From Candidatus Poseidoniaceae archaeon (GTDB lineage Archaea > Thermoplasmatota > Poseidoniia > Poseidoniales > Poseidoniaceae), in the NCBI GenBank assembly GCA_949538025.1, contig CATISI010000190.1, forward strand, positions 1 through 40,694: DNA of 40,694 nt, given 5' to 3'. Shown here piece after piece: positions 17,239-25,436 of the stretch (position 1 is its first letter; each line of letters opens with the position of its first letter). The notes under the pieces are model-generated. The model made no database searches, had not been told where the DNA came from, and saw nothing but the letters and a program-made list of their open reading frames with translations. Made by a program: the position numbers and the translations under genes.

Positions 17239-18249
17239 ATGGAGGGCGAGGACATACCGACCTTTCTTGGACTTGACCAAGGCGAGGGTGATGTTGATAT
17301 TGCCATCCTTTCTTTGCCGTACGAATTGACGACATCGTATGGCCAAGGTACGGCCTTGGGTCCGATGGCTTGCATCGAAGCTTCAACGCAGGTTGAATTG
17401 TACGATGCGCAACTTGGCCAAGATCTGCCGGCTGGATTTTCGATGCACACCATTCAGCCTTGGGATGGTGAAGAGCCAACACTGCTCAAACAACTTGATT
17501 CGATGGTAGGCTACCTGATTCCGTGGTTCAGAGGTGACTGTTTCCCGCTCTGCCTCGGTGGAGAGCATGGCATTCTACCTCCCATCATGGAAGCAGTGCG
17601 GCACCATCCGCTTGTTGACGACGATCTTTCCAACCTCACTGTGGTCCAAATCGATGCACACGGAGATCTCCGTGAACATCTGGACGGTGAGAAGTATTCC
17701 CACGCCTGCGCAGCAGCACGAGCCCTTGATGCTGGAATTGGTTCTTTGCTCCAGGTGGGCATTCGTGCTTACAGTAAAGTAGAGCATGAGCGGATGCTGA
17801 GAGACGAACGAATTACTACGTTCTTCGCCAGAGACACGCAATCACCGTGTCAGGGTGCACACCATTGGAAGCAATGGCTTGAGAGGCTTTCTTCGATCGA
17901 AGGACCTGTCCATCTCACAATCGACATCGATGGGCTTGATGGAGCATTGGTTCCTGCAACAGGGACGCCTGTTCCCGGCGGTTTGACCTACTGGCAGGTG
18001 CACGAAACCATCCAAACCTTGTTCAACGCACCAAATGCAGTCGTTGTCAGTGCAGATGTCAACGAAATTGGTGTTCAGAAAGATTCGCCTTTGACTCAGT
18101 TCACTGCGGCTATGTTGGCAACGAATATCGTTGCTGCACACGCTTCTGCACGTCAAAGAGGTGCATGGAACGTGACAGCGCCAACATCTGGAATTAAGCG
18201 ATTGCCCCATGACTTTACTGGGTTTTCAGCGTCGAATGGAGGAGAGTAA
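17239..18249 (+). CDS. speB: Agmatinase / ureohydrolase (arginase family)
   Basis: Mn-binding motifs are present: LGGEHGI, QIDAHGDLR, LTIDIDGLDGALVPATGTPVPGGL and VSADVNEI. Confidence 0.85.
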   Translation: MEGEDIPTFLGLDQGEGDVDIAILSLPYELTTSYGQGTALGPMACIEASTQVELYDAQLGQDLPAGFSMHTIQPWDGEEPTLLKQLDSMVGYLIPWFRGDCFPLCLGGEHGILPPIMEAVRHHPLVDDDLSNLTVVQIDAHGDLREHLDGEKYSHACAAARALDAGIGSLLQVGIRAYSKVEHERMLRDERITTFFARDTQSPCQGAHHWKQWLERLSSIEGPVHLTIDIDGLDGALVPATGTPVPGGLTYWQVHETIQTLFNAPNAVVVSADVNEIGVQKDSPLTQFTAAMLATNIVAAHASARQRGAWNVTAPTSGIKRLPHDFTGFSASNGGE

Positions 18250-18636
18250 ATGCCTTCAAAATCACGCGGAAAACACATCTTCCTCGATTGTACGGAGTTC
18301 TTCCCTACGTCTTCGTTCGATGGAAACGACATGCTCGAATTGATGCAAAGGGCCGTCGAAAAAAGCAATGCGAAAGAAGTTCATGCTCATGTCGAGCTCT
18401 TCGATGGCTCAACTTCACCTCCTGGGTTTGCTGCAGTTGTTTTGCTCGATGAAAGCCATGTTAGTGCCCATTGTTACTCGGATCGAGGGCTGCTTGCGAT
18501 TGATGCTTTCACATGTGGAGGAACAGACCCAACGTCCATCGTTGAGGAGTTGAAGCAAGCCCTGTACGAGTTATCTCCTACAACTGTCTTGATGCAACAC
18601 AAAAGCGCTGACCGCTTCTTGCTACCCGAGGTGTGA
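18250..18636 (+). CDS. speH: Pyruvoyl-dependent S-adenosylmethionine decarboxylase-like proenzyme (SpeH family). Its substrate, SAM or arginine, is not resolvable by eye.
   Basis: GKHIFLDCTEF and GFAAVVLLDESHVSAHCYSDRGLLAIDAFTCG align with the SpeH self-cleavage site (E-S) and the FTCG motif. The ATG directly abuts the speB stop (TAAATG). Confidence 0.75.
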   Translation: MPSKSRGKHIFLDCTEFFPTSSFDGNDMLELMQRAVEKSNAKEVHAHVELFDGSTSPPGFAAVVLLDESHVSAHCYSDRGLLAIDAFTCGGTDPTSIVEELKQALYELSPTTVLMQHKSADRFLLPEV

Positions 18637-18638
18637 AC

Positions 18639-19595
18639 ATGAGTGTCAGGGGTACGATTGAATCCTATTTCCATCATTTCAATGCTGGCGAATTGTCCAA
18701 GATGTCTGCTTCACTGTTAAACCACATCGAATCGGGCGGCAAGGTCTTCATCACGCTTGCTGGTGCCATGAGTACTGCAGGAATTGGACAGGTGCTTGCT
18801 CCTATGATTCGGAAAGGCCACGTTGCTGCTATCAGTTGCACTGGAGCAAATCTTGAGGAAGATGTGTTCCGCATGATGGCGTCCCCGCATTACGAATCCA
18901 TCGAGAACTGGAGAACACTCTCTCTAGAGTCTGAACAGGAATTTCTCAATAAGAAAATGAATCGCGTGACGGATGTTTGCATCCCTGAAGAACAAGCAAT
19001 TCGTGTCCTTGAATCGCATCTGTTAGAAGCATGGGAGCTGGCCTCCAAGGAAGACAAGAGACAACTTCCACATCAGTACTTCTCCGAGGTTCTTCGTTCG
19101 GAGTCTTTGCTCAATGCCTGTGAGGGCGATTTATCTGCCTCTTGGGTGCTTGCAGCATCCGAAGAAGACGTGCCTATCTACGTGCCAGGTTGGGAAGATT
19201 CGACCATGGGCAACATCTTTGCTGCTCGTTCGATGGAAGGTGTAATCGAATCGGATTGCGTACTTTCTGGAATTGAATACATGAAACACCTTGCAACATG
19301 GTACGAAGAACAAACTTCACCACTCGCCTTCTTGCAAATCGGGGGAGGAATCGCTGGAGATTTCCCAATTTGTGTCGTCCCAATGCTTAATCAAGATCTC
19401 GAACGAGATGTACCATTGTGGTCATGGTTTGGACAAATATCCGAATCTCGTCCATCGTATGGAGGATATTCTGGTGCTCCGCCAAGCGAAAAAATCACTT
19501 GGGGTAAGATCGACGCATCAACACCGATGTTTGTTGTTGAGAGCGATGCAACCATCGTTGCCCCTCTCTTGTTTTCTTACGTCCTGAATCTCTGA
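18639..19595 (+). CDS. dys: Deoxyhypusine synthase
   Basis: FITLAGAMSTAGIGQVLAPMIRKGHVAAISCTGANLEEDVF, GWEDSTMGN and QIGGGIAGDF, with the lysine region KITWGKID. The track start at GTG 18633 overlaps the speH-like stop, and ATG lies at 18639. Confidence 0.88.
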   Translation: MSVRGTIESYFHHFNAGELSKMSASLLNHIESGGKVFITLAGAMSTAGIGQVLAPMIRKGHVAAISCTGANLEEDVFRMMASPHYESIENWRTLSLESEQEFLNKKMNRVTDVCIPEEQAIRVLESHLLEAWELASKEDKRQLPHQYFSEVLRSESLLNACEGDLSASWVLAASEEDVPIYVPGWEDSTMGNIFAARSMEGVIESDCVLSGIEYMKHLATWYEEQTSPLAFLQIGGGIAGDFPICVVPMLNQDLERDVPLWSWFGQISESRPSYGGYSGAPPSEKITWGKIDASTPMFVVESDATIVAPLLFSYVLNL

Positions 19596-19649
19596 TTGTT
19601 GAAACAATGCCCCCAAACCCTTAGAGATGAGCGGTGCCAAGAAGATTCC

Positions 19650-22600
19650 ATGAGACGCAGCCGTAGCATTGTTCTTATTCTGCTGTTGATGTTGACTCCC
19701 CTCGCATCACTCGTGTCTGCTGAAGAGTCACCAACCGTAACCATCACCACGGATTGGAACAGCCCCTCGGCTCTTACCAACGAACATGCATACATATTGA
19801 CGTTCGGGGATTCATCTTCGCATGATTACGATGTGAGCATTGAACACATTCGAAATTCAATCGATTTAGCCCCCTCTATACAAACAACGTTCCTTGACAA
19901 CACGCCAACCCTGACCGCACGCATTGTTCTTGACTCATCGATTGAATGGAACGATACGATCTCAATTTCGGTGGCCATCAACGGTCACGATGGTAACACG
20001 CTGACATCGGTGATTGTAGAAGAACGAACCTTCACAGTTGGATCGTGGAACCAACCAATGGCCGACCACGAAGTAACCACGACGACATCATGGTCACTTG
20101 ACCAGAAGTATCAGACGAGTGATGGTAACCAGTCGTTCCTGTTGCTGTTTGAAGGAAACGGATGGCAACAACGCATCGGTGAAGTTCTCAACGCCTACGA
20201 ACTCGGCAATGGAACGCTGTTGACATCGGAGACAACCGGTAATTCAACCACTGAGCTTGCCATAGATTTTGAATCGTTTTGGAAAAATGAAACGGTGACG
20301 TCCGGCGTTCTCACGTCCCAGGTCATCCAAGCCAAAGGCAGTGGTGATATCCTCTTGCAACTCGAGGAGGATGGTCTCGTGACCACCATCAATGCCACAG
20401 TGGTCGATGCACTGCTCAACCGTTCCAGCATCGACAACGTCGTTTCTGAGCGATTGCGATTGGAAGCGTTTGGTGCTCTACTCGTCAACGGAGAGGAAGA
20501 TGATGCTCAATTCGATGTTGATGGCGACATCAGTTTGCTCCTCCTTGAAACGACGGATGTCGATGGTGTTCGTGTCCTTCAACACACACAAATCGAGGCG
20601 ACGGCCGATATGATCCTCAGTGATGAAGGATCGGAATTCAATCTTCAACTCGACCAGTTCGAGACCCTCGAGCGCTGGGAAAACGGTGTACGTGTCGACC
20701 AACTCGACCTGATACGCGGTGATGGAACATTCGGATTTACCGATCAAGAAGAGAATTCGTCCATGGTTGTCAATGGAACGGTGTACAACTTCCACACGCG
20801 TGTCGAAGATGGAGTTACACTCATCGATGATGTCCACGTTGATGGAACACTTTCCGGCGATGTTCAAGGTACGTTTGGTGTGGTTCAGACCATTGAACAA
20901 ACGGGCAAGCAATTGAATCATACGCTGGTCGAACATGATGTGAATGTTATTCACAGTGAAACCTGGTTTAATGTGACTGGAGTTGGCGGCAGCAATTTCT
21001 TCGGAGGTAGTGGAGCTGGCACCTACTACAACGATTCCTACACCTATCAAGCAACCAATTCAGATTGGGACAATCGAACGGTTCGACTCGTTTGGACCGA
21101 GACTGGACCAGATCCTTCGAGTGGAGATGAACGTCCCGAACGAAGTCCAATTGAACGGGAACCAACAACGCCAGAGGTCGAGGAAGCCTTGGGTAACATC
21201 TCTGTCGGTAGAGAAGCCGGATTCGCACCGGTGCCGATGGAAACGGGCGATGTTGTTCGTCTCCTCGCACAAGATGGCATCGTTTTGACCGTCACTGCCG
21301 GACAGGAAGCCATTGAACCCCGAGATGCAAAGAATCTGAGTGTGATTCAGTGGACAGGTGTCTACAGTGATGGAGTTTCAGGGTCTGCATCGGGTTCCAT
21401 CGTTCATCAGGGCCCATTGACTGGTTTGCTTGCAAGTACCGTCCGTTCGTTTGAAATCGAATTCGGGACCGATGGCGAAACAGCTCTCCTCAATGAATCG
21501 CAAGCCGTTGATGCCATTCTCTCACCGAGCGTTGTCTCGGCCGATGATAACACAGCTCCACAAATTCTCGATCTTTCGCTCATGGAAGGTTTGGTCTTTG
21601 GTGAAGGGGGCTCACCTGCTCATCTTGTGGCGACCATTCACGATCCTGATTGGAACATCGTCAGTGTCCAAGTCGATCTTTCTTCAATTGGTCTTGGAAC
21701 AGTTGCAATGAACGACCGTGGTCTTGACGGTGACCAAACCATTGGTGATTATGATTGGACGACGATGGTTTATGTTCAAGGTATCGCTGTAGGTGAGTTA
21801 CCCATCAGTGTCGTCGTTGTCGATGAATGGGGTGAGATAGATACTCTTGCTACGAACATCACGGTCGAAAACCAAGCCCCGCGGATTTTGAGTGCAAGCA
21901 TCGAACCACCTACCGTCGTGCGTGGCGGTCCAACCCTCATGACGCTTGAGGTGATTGACTACCATGGTGTCGCCTCCATTGTGGTTGACCTTCGTGAGTA
22001 TGGTGGTGAGGAAACATCTTGTTTCAGAGTCGAAGTTTGGACCTGTGAACTTGTCATTCCTCAAGGCATGACGCCCGGTGAACGCTTGCTCAAGGTTCGA
22101 TTAATCGATGACCTCGGAGCCACTATTCTTGTTACGAAAACACAAGCCTCTGAGCATCATTTCCAACCGAGTTCAACGGATATGGACTTGATGGTAACGA
22201 TTGAAAACACGCCTCCAGGCTTGACACTGGTTCCTTCAGAAGCGTTGCAACGGGGAGATTCGGATTCCGATCAGCCGATTGAGATTCAAGTCGATGATCC
22301 GGATGGTATCTTGTTGGTTCGTGCGGATTTGGGCGTGCTCAAACCACTTGGCCAAACCACGCGTTGGGTCACGTTGTACGACAATGGACAGGGTCTTGAT
22401 CGTGAGGCAAACGATGGAATCTATACCGCTGTTGCATCGGTTCGAGGCTCGACACCAATCAGTGCGCACGAAATTTTCGTCCAAGCATCCGATTCCTTTG
22501 GTGATGCGACAGCCCCTACGTCTTTTGTTGTCTTCGTCGAGGAAACCGATGATGGCCCCGTTGGCACAAATGCGGGGGAATTACCGCTAACGCTTTTGGC

Positions 22601-22700
22601 AATCGTCGTTGGTATCGTTCCAATTCTCGTCGGCTTGTTCGTGTTCTTGCGACAACGTCAACCACCGAAGGATTATGAGGACCGATTCGGATTTCAATAA
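19650..22700 (+). CDS. Large secreted, membrane-anchored surface protein (about 1016 aa), a putative adhesin or S-layer-associated glycoprotein
   Basis: The signal peptide is MRRSRSIVLILLLMLTPLASLVSAEE (ATG 19650, while the track ORF begins at TTG 19596). There are many N-X-S/T sequons, a Pro/Glu/Thr linker (ERPERSPIEREPTTPEVEE), three C-terminal Ig-like repeats, and a C-terminal TM LPLTLLAIVVGIVPILVGLFVFL followed by a short basic tail. Confidence 0.75.
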   Translation: MRRSRSIVLILLLMLTPLASLVSAEESPTVTITTDWNSPSALTNEHAYILTFGDSSSHDYDVSIEHIRNSIDLAPSIQTTFLDNTPTLTARIVLDSSIEWNDTISISVAINGHDGNTLTSVIVEERTFTVGSWNQPMADHEVTTTTSWSLDQKYQTSDGNQSFLLLFEGNGWQQRIGEVLNAYELGNGTLLTSETTGNSTTELAIDFESFWKNETVTSGVLTSQVIQAKGSGDILLQLEEDGLVTTINATVVDALLNRSSIDNVVSERLRLEAFGALLVNGEEDDAQFDVDGDISLLLLETTDVDGVRVLQHTQIEATADMILSDEGSEFNLQLDQFETLERWENGVRVDQLDLIRGDGTFGFTDQEENSSMVVNGTVYNFHTRVEDGVTLIDDVHVDGTLSGDVQGTFGVVQTIEQTGKQLNHTLVEHDVNVIHSETWFNVTGVGGSNFFGGSGAGTYYNDSYTYQATNSDWDNRTVRLVWTETGPDPSSGDERPERSPIEREPTTPEVEEALGNISVGREAGFAPVPMETGDVVRLLAQDGIVLTVTAGQEAIEPRDAKNLSVIQWTGVYSDGVSGSASGSIVHQGPLTGLLASTVRSFEIEFGTDGETALLNESQAVDAILSPSVVSADDNTAPQILDLSLMEGLVFGEGGSPAHLVATIHDPDWNIVSVQVDLSSIGLGTVAMNDRGLDGDQTIGDYDWTTMVYVQGIAVGELPISVVVVDEWGEIDTLATNITVENQAPRILSASIEPPTVVRGGPTLMTLEVIDYHGVASIVVDLREYGGEETSCFRVEVWTCELVIPQGMTPGERLLKVRLIDDLGATILVTKTQASEHHFQPSSTDMDLMVTIENTPPGLTLVPSEALQRGDSDSDQPIEIQVDDPDGILLVRADLGVLKPLGQTTRWVTLYDNGQGLDREANDGIYTAVASVRGSTPISAHEIFVQASDSFGDATAPTSFVVFVEETDDGPVGTNAGELPLTLLAIVVGIVPILVGLFVFLRQRQPPKDYEDRFGFQ
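21553..22550 (+). repeat. Three tandem, divergent Ig-like modules of about 100-110 aa within the surface protein
   Basis: The modules start near 21553 (PQILDLSL...HDPDWNIVSVQVDLSSIGLG...NDRGLDGDQTIGDYDW), 21875 (PRILSASI...IDYHGVASIVVDLREYGG) and 22209 (PPGLTLVP...DDPDGILLVRADLGVLKP...DNGQGLDREANDGIYTA). They share the pattern xDxDG/W-hydrophobic-V-x-V/ADL. Confidence 0.5.
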
Positions 22701-22723
22701 GCAACAAATTGCGCCGACAATCG

Positions 22724-22729
22724 TTTATA
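22724..22729 (+). promoter_or_regulatory. Putative TATA box for tRNA-Gly
   Basis: TTTATA lies 29-34 nt upstream of the mature tRNA 5' end at 22758, which is compatible with a transcription start a few nucleotides upstream of the tRNA. Confidence 0.35.
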
Positions 22730-22757
22730 CCCCTGCTCAGTGGGTTGGTTGCTACCT

Positions 22758-22832
22758 GCGAGCGTAGTGTAGTGGTTATCACCGGGCGTTGCCAACGCCT
22801 GAACCCGGGTTCGAGTCCCGGCGCTCGCACCA
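22758..22832 (+). tRNA. tRNA-Gly (anticodon GCC) with a genomically encoded 3' CCA
   Basis: Manual fold: acceptor GCGAGCG/CGCTCGC, D arm GTGT-AGTGGTTA-TCAC, anticodon stem GGGCG/CGCCT with loop TTGCCAA, T arm CCGGG-TTCGAGT-CCCGG, discriminator A, then CCA. There is no intron. Confidence 0.9.
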
Positions 22833-22879
22833 AAATCTATTGAAAGAGGCTTTACATACTGTGTGTACAAAGTCTCGTT

Positions 22880-23197
22880 ATGACCGAACCCCGCGTTGTT
22901 TATGTCGGCAAAAAACCCTCATTCTCGTACGTCAAAGCCGTCCTTATGGCTATGCAAGAAGGTGAACGACTTGTTCGCTTACAGGCACGAGGGCAAGCCA
23001 TTAGTCGAGCTGTGGATGTTGCAGAAATCTGTCGGAGGCGACACGGAATTATTGCATCCATGCTTCCAGAGAAAGTGAGCATCGTCAACATCGTTACAGA
23101 TTCTATTGAACTTGAAGATCATGATGGTCGAAGTAAAACGGTCAGCAGTATGTACATTGAACTTCTTGGCGAAGGCGAAATGGCTGAAGAAGAATAA
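22880..23197 (+). CDS. albA: DNA/RNA-binding protein Alba
   Basis: VYVGKKPSFSYVKAVLMAMQEGERLVRLQARGQAISRAVDVAEICRRR is the canonical Alba N-terminal region. Length is 105 aa. Confidence 0.9.
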   Translation: MTEPRVVYVGKKPSFSYVKAVLMAMQEGERLVRLQARGQAISRAVDVAEICRRRHGIIASMLPEKVSIVNIVTDSIELEDHDGRSKTVSSMYIELLGEGEMAEEE

Positions 23198-23554
23198 TTA
23201 CAATTGAGATAAACGTCGTTCAATTTCGTTGGCTGTAGCTTCGAACACGTCCAACGATTGTCCAACAGGATCATTCAATCCCCAATCCTCATCGATACGC
23301 ATAGCAGGGCAAGAGACGCCACAACCCATCGAAATGACCATGTCGAAATCTTCTGCCTTGAACAACTCAACCGATTTTGGCTTCAGTCCATCAGTCTCAA
23401 TACCCTTAGATTTCAGAACGGTGATGGCGTTTTCAGAGACTTGTACTGCTGGATGGGTTCCAGCACTTGCAGCCTCGTGCCCAAGATGACGAGCAATCCC
23501 TTCAGCCATCTGAGATCGGCATGAATTCCCTACACAAACGAACAGCAGTCGCAT
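23198..23554 (-). CDS. arsC: Arsenate reductase (thioredoxin-coupled ArsC) / low-molecular-weight phosphotyrosine phosphatase family
   Basis: LLFVCVGNSCRSQMAEG is the CX5R P-loop. MGCGVSCPAMRIDEDWGLNDP resembles the ArsC second-Cys pair region and its DP motif. No other ars genes are adjacent. Confidence 0.75.
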   Translation of the reverse strand: MRLLFVCVGNSCRSQMAEGIARHLGHEAASAGTHPAVQVSENAITVLKSKGIETDGLKPKSVELFKAEDFDMVISMGCGVSCPAMRIDEDWGLNDPVGQSLDVFEATANEIERRLSQL

Positions 23555-23619
23555 GATTTAACCTTAGTAACGGAACTTATCAAGGTTGACTCCTTAGAAC
23601 CCTTAGGAAGGTGTGAGAG

Positions 23620-23946
23620 ATGAAAGCAATCCTTGTTTTTTCTTCCGCCTATGTTCTTCTTTTTGTTCTTCATATTGTGTTCGCAGCGAACGATTTGGAG
23701 AACTTGTTTCACATCGTTGCCGTTCTTCTCGCAGCCATGACGTTCTTTTGCGCTCCATTTCTTTGGCTCATCGATTCAACCATGAAGCAATCCTTACAAA
23801 TTGGTTACATTGTGAGCATACCGCTCTCGATTGGCATCGCATACGCATACACAAACATGGAGTTTCAGTTGGGAGCAATGTCCCTCGCCATCATTGCAAC
23901 AAGTGTGACACATGGCGCATGGTGGTTCTTCATGAAGGGAAAATAA
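23620..23946 (+). CDS. Hypothetical small membrane protein (108 aa, 3-4 TM)
   Basis: An ATG start follows GGAAGGTG. Hydrophobic helices include ILVFSSAYVLLFVLHIVF, VAVLLAAMTFFCAPFLWL and GAMSLAIIATSV. Confidence 0.45.
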   Translation: MKAILVFSSAYVLLFVLHIVFAANDLENLFHIVAVLLAAMTFFCAPFLWLIDSTMKQSLQIGYIVSIPLSIGIAYAYTNMEFQLGAMSLAIIATSVTHGAWWFFMKGK

Positions 23947-23980
23947 ACGCATTGAAGTAGGCAGAACACGTGGAAAGGGT

Positions 23981-24997
23981 ATGTCCGATTCTCCGGTTTC
24001 AATGCACAACATAGGAAACAATCCTCCTGCAGAAGCACCAGAAGCGCCTGATGCCACCGCTCAAAAGCAAATGGAACAAGCCTATGCCCAAATGAAGCGA
24101 AAGATGGCTATGGCCGAGATTGGTAAGAAAATCAAGCACAAGATAATGGTCCTCTCTGGAAAGGGCGGCGTCGGTAAATCAACTGTCTCCACCGGACTCG
24201 CACTCGCTCTTGCACAGCAGGGCCACAAGGTTGGTATTCTCGACATCGATATCACTGGCCCAAACGTTCCAAAGATGATGGGACTTGACGGACGGAAGCT
24301 GCACGTCGAAGCCGGTCGGATCCATCCTGCACAAGGACACCTCGGTGTGAAAGTCATCTCAATGGCCTTCTTGCTCGAAGATGAAGACACGCCCGTTGTG
24401 TGGCGTGGACCCATTAAACTCGGAGCAATCCAGCAATTCATTGGCGATGTGGAATGGGGCAACCTCGATTACCTGATCATCGACTTCCCACCAGGGACGT
24501 CTGATGAACCACTAACCGTTGCTCAATCACTACCAGATATTGACGGGATGGTCATTGTCACAACACCACAAGACGTTGCACTCCTCGACAGTCGCAAATC
24601 CATCTCCTTTGCATCTTCGTTGAAGGTTCCCGTTCTTGGCGTAGTTGAGAACATGAGCGGATACACCATCCAAGGCAAAGGAACACCAGGATCTGATATC
24701 GAGATAGCAGCACCAGCAGGTCGTACACTCCGAGCAAAATGCGATGGTGAAGGCCGATTCAGTGTTACCTTGGACATTTTTAAAGAAGGTGGTGGCCGTT
24801 CTACTGCAGAGGAATTTGGCGTACCGTTCCTTGGTGCATTGCCCTTTGACCCAGGATTTGTTCGAGGCGGTGATGACGGTGTTCACCGAATTGTCAGCGA
24901 ACCAGAAGGTGCATCGGCTTCTGCCTTCTCCCACGTCGTCGCATCCATTCAATCACAGTTGGACGGAGCAACTTCATCCAGTTTGGAGATCATCTGA
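23981..24997 (+). CDS. Mrp/ApbC/NBP35-family P-loop ATPase lacking the CXXC motif
   Basis: IMVLSGKGGVGKSTVS is the deviant Walker A. LIIDFPPGTSD, VIVTTPQDVAL and GVVENMSGY are also present. Where family members carry CPxC, this protein has a roughly 25-aa insert (TIQGKGTPGSDIEIAAPAGRTLRAKCDGEGRFSVT). The whole protein contains one Cys. Confidence 0.8.
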   Translation: MSDSPVSMHNIGNNPPAEAPEAPDATAQKQMEQAYAQMKRKMAMAEIGKKIKHKIMVLSGKGGVGKSTVSTGLALALAQQGHKVGILDIDITGPNVPKMMGLDGRKLHVEAGRIHPAQGHLGVKVISMAFLLEDEDTPVVWRGPIKLGAIQQFIGDVEWGNLDYLIIDFPPGTSDEPLTVAQSLPDIDGMVIVTTPQDVALLDSRKSISFASSLKVPVLGVVENMSGYTIQGKGTPGSDIEIAAPAGRTLRAKCDGEGRFSVTLDIFKEGGGRSTAEEFGVPFLGALPFDPGFVRGGDDGVHRIVSEPEGASASAFSHVVASIQSQLDGATSSSLEII

Positions 24998-25006
24998 GGC
25001 TTGAAT

Positions 25007-25360
25007 ATGGCAGAAGACGTCCTTGAGTTGCGCCGTCTCGAACGTCGCGACACCGATATGGAACTCACTTACGAAGATGGTACTAAGTTCACGGTATCCT
25101 ACGATGATTTGCGCCACGCATGTCCTTGTGCCAAATGCGCTCCCCTTCGCAATGAAGACGATACAAGTATGCAACTTCGAAGAACCGTTGAAGCACATCC
25201 AAAGCAGAAACCGTTGGTCCGAACCGTCGGAAACTACGCACTTTCGTTTGAATGGGAGAGCGGATGTTCCAGCGGAATCTACCGATTTGAACGCATATGG
25301 GATCTTGCCCATCGTCGTGATCCTGACCGCGGCCGACCCTATGTACACGGCGCATGGTGA
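25007..25360 (+). CDS. DUF971 domain protein (gamma-butyrobetaine hydroxylase-like N-terminal domain)
   Basis: YDDLRHACPCAKC matches the DUF971 LRxxCPCAxC motif, and GNYALSFEWESGCSSGIYRFERIWDL is also present. The gene begins 4-10 nt after the Mrp-like gene (track start TTG 25001, ATG 25007). Confidence 0.7.
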   Translation: MAEDVLELRRLERRDTDMELTYEDGTKFTVSYDDLRHACPCAKCAPLRNEDDTSMQLRRTVEAHPKQKPLVRTVGNYALSFEWESGCSSGIYRFERIWDLAHRRDPDRGRPYVHGAW

Positions 25361-25436
25361 TTCGGCCATTACGGGACGAAATCAGGTGCAGGTTTCTTGA
25401 GCAAGAGACATCACCGTAGCATCAGGAGGCATCAAG

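Noticed and set aside
20478-21050. 190-aa minus-strand ORF
   Set aside because: It lies antisense inside the large surface-protein gene. It has no start context or motif.
23558-23567. The 10-mer TTAACCTTAG is shared between the arsC upstream region (23558-23567) and the ACD-like gene upstream region (10466-10475). Extra CCTTAG copies occur at 23593-23598 and 23603-23608.
   Set aside because: There are only two full copies. In the arsC case the motif coincides with a plausible AAGGT ribosome-binding site. This is too short to distinguish from chance without a genome-wide count.
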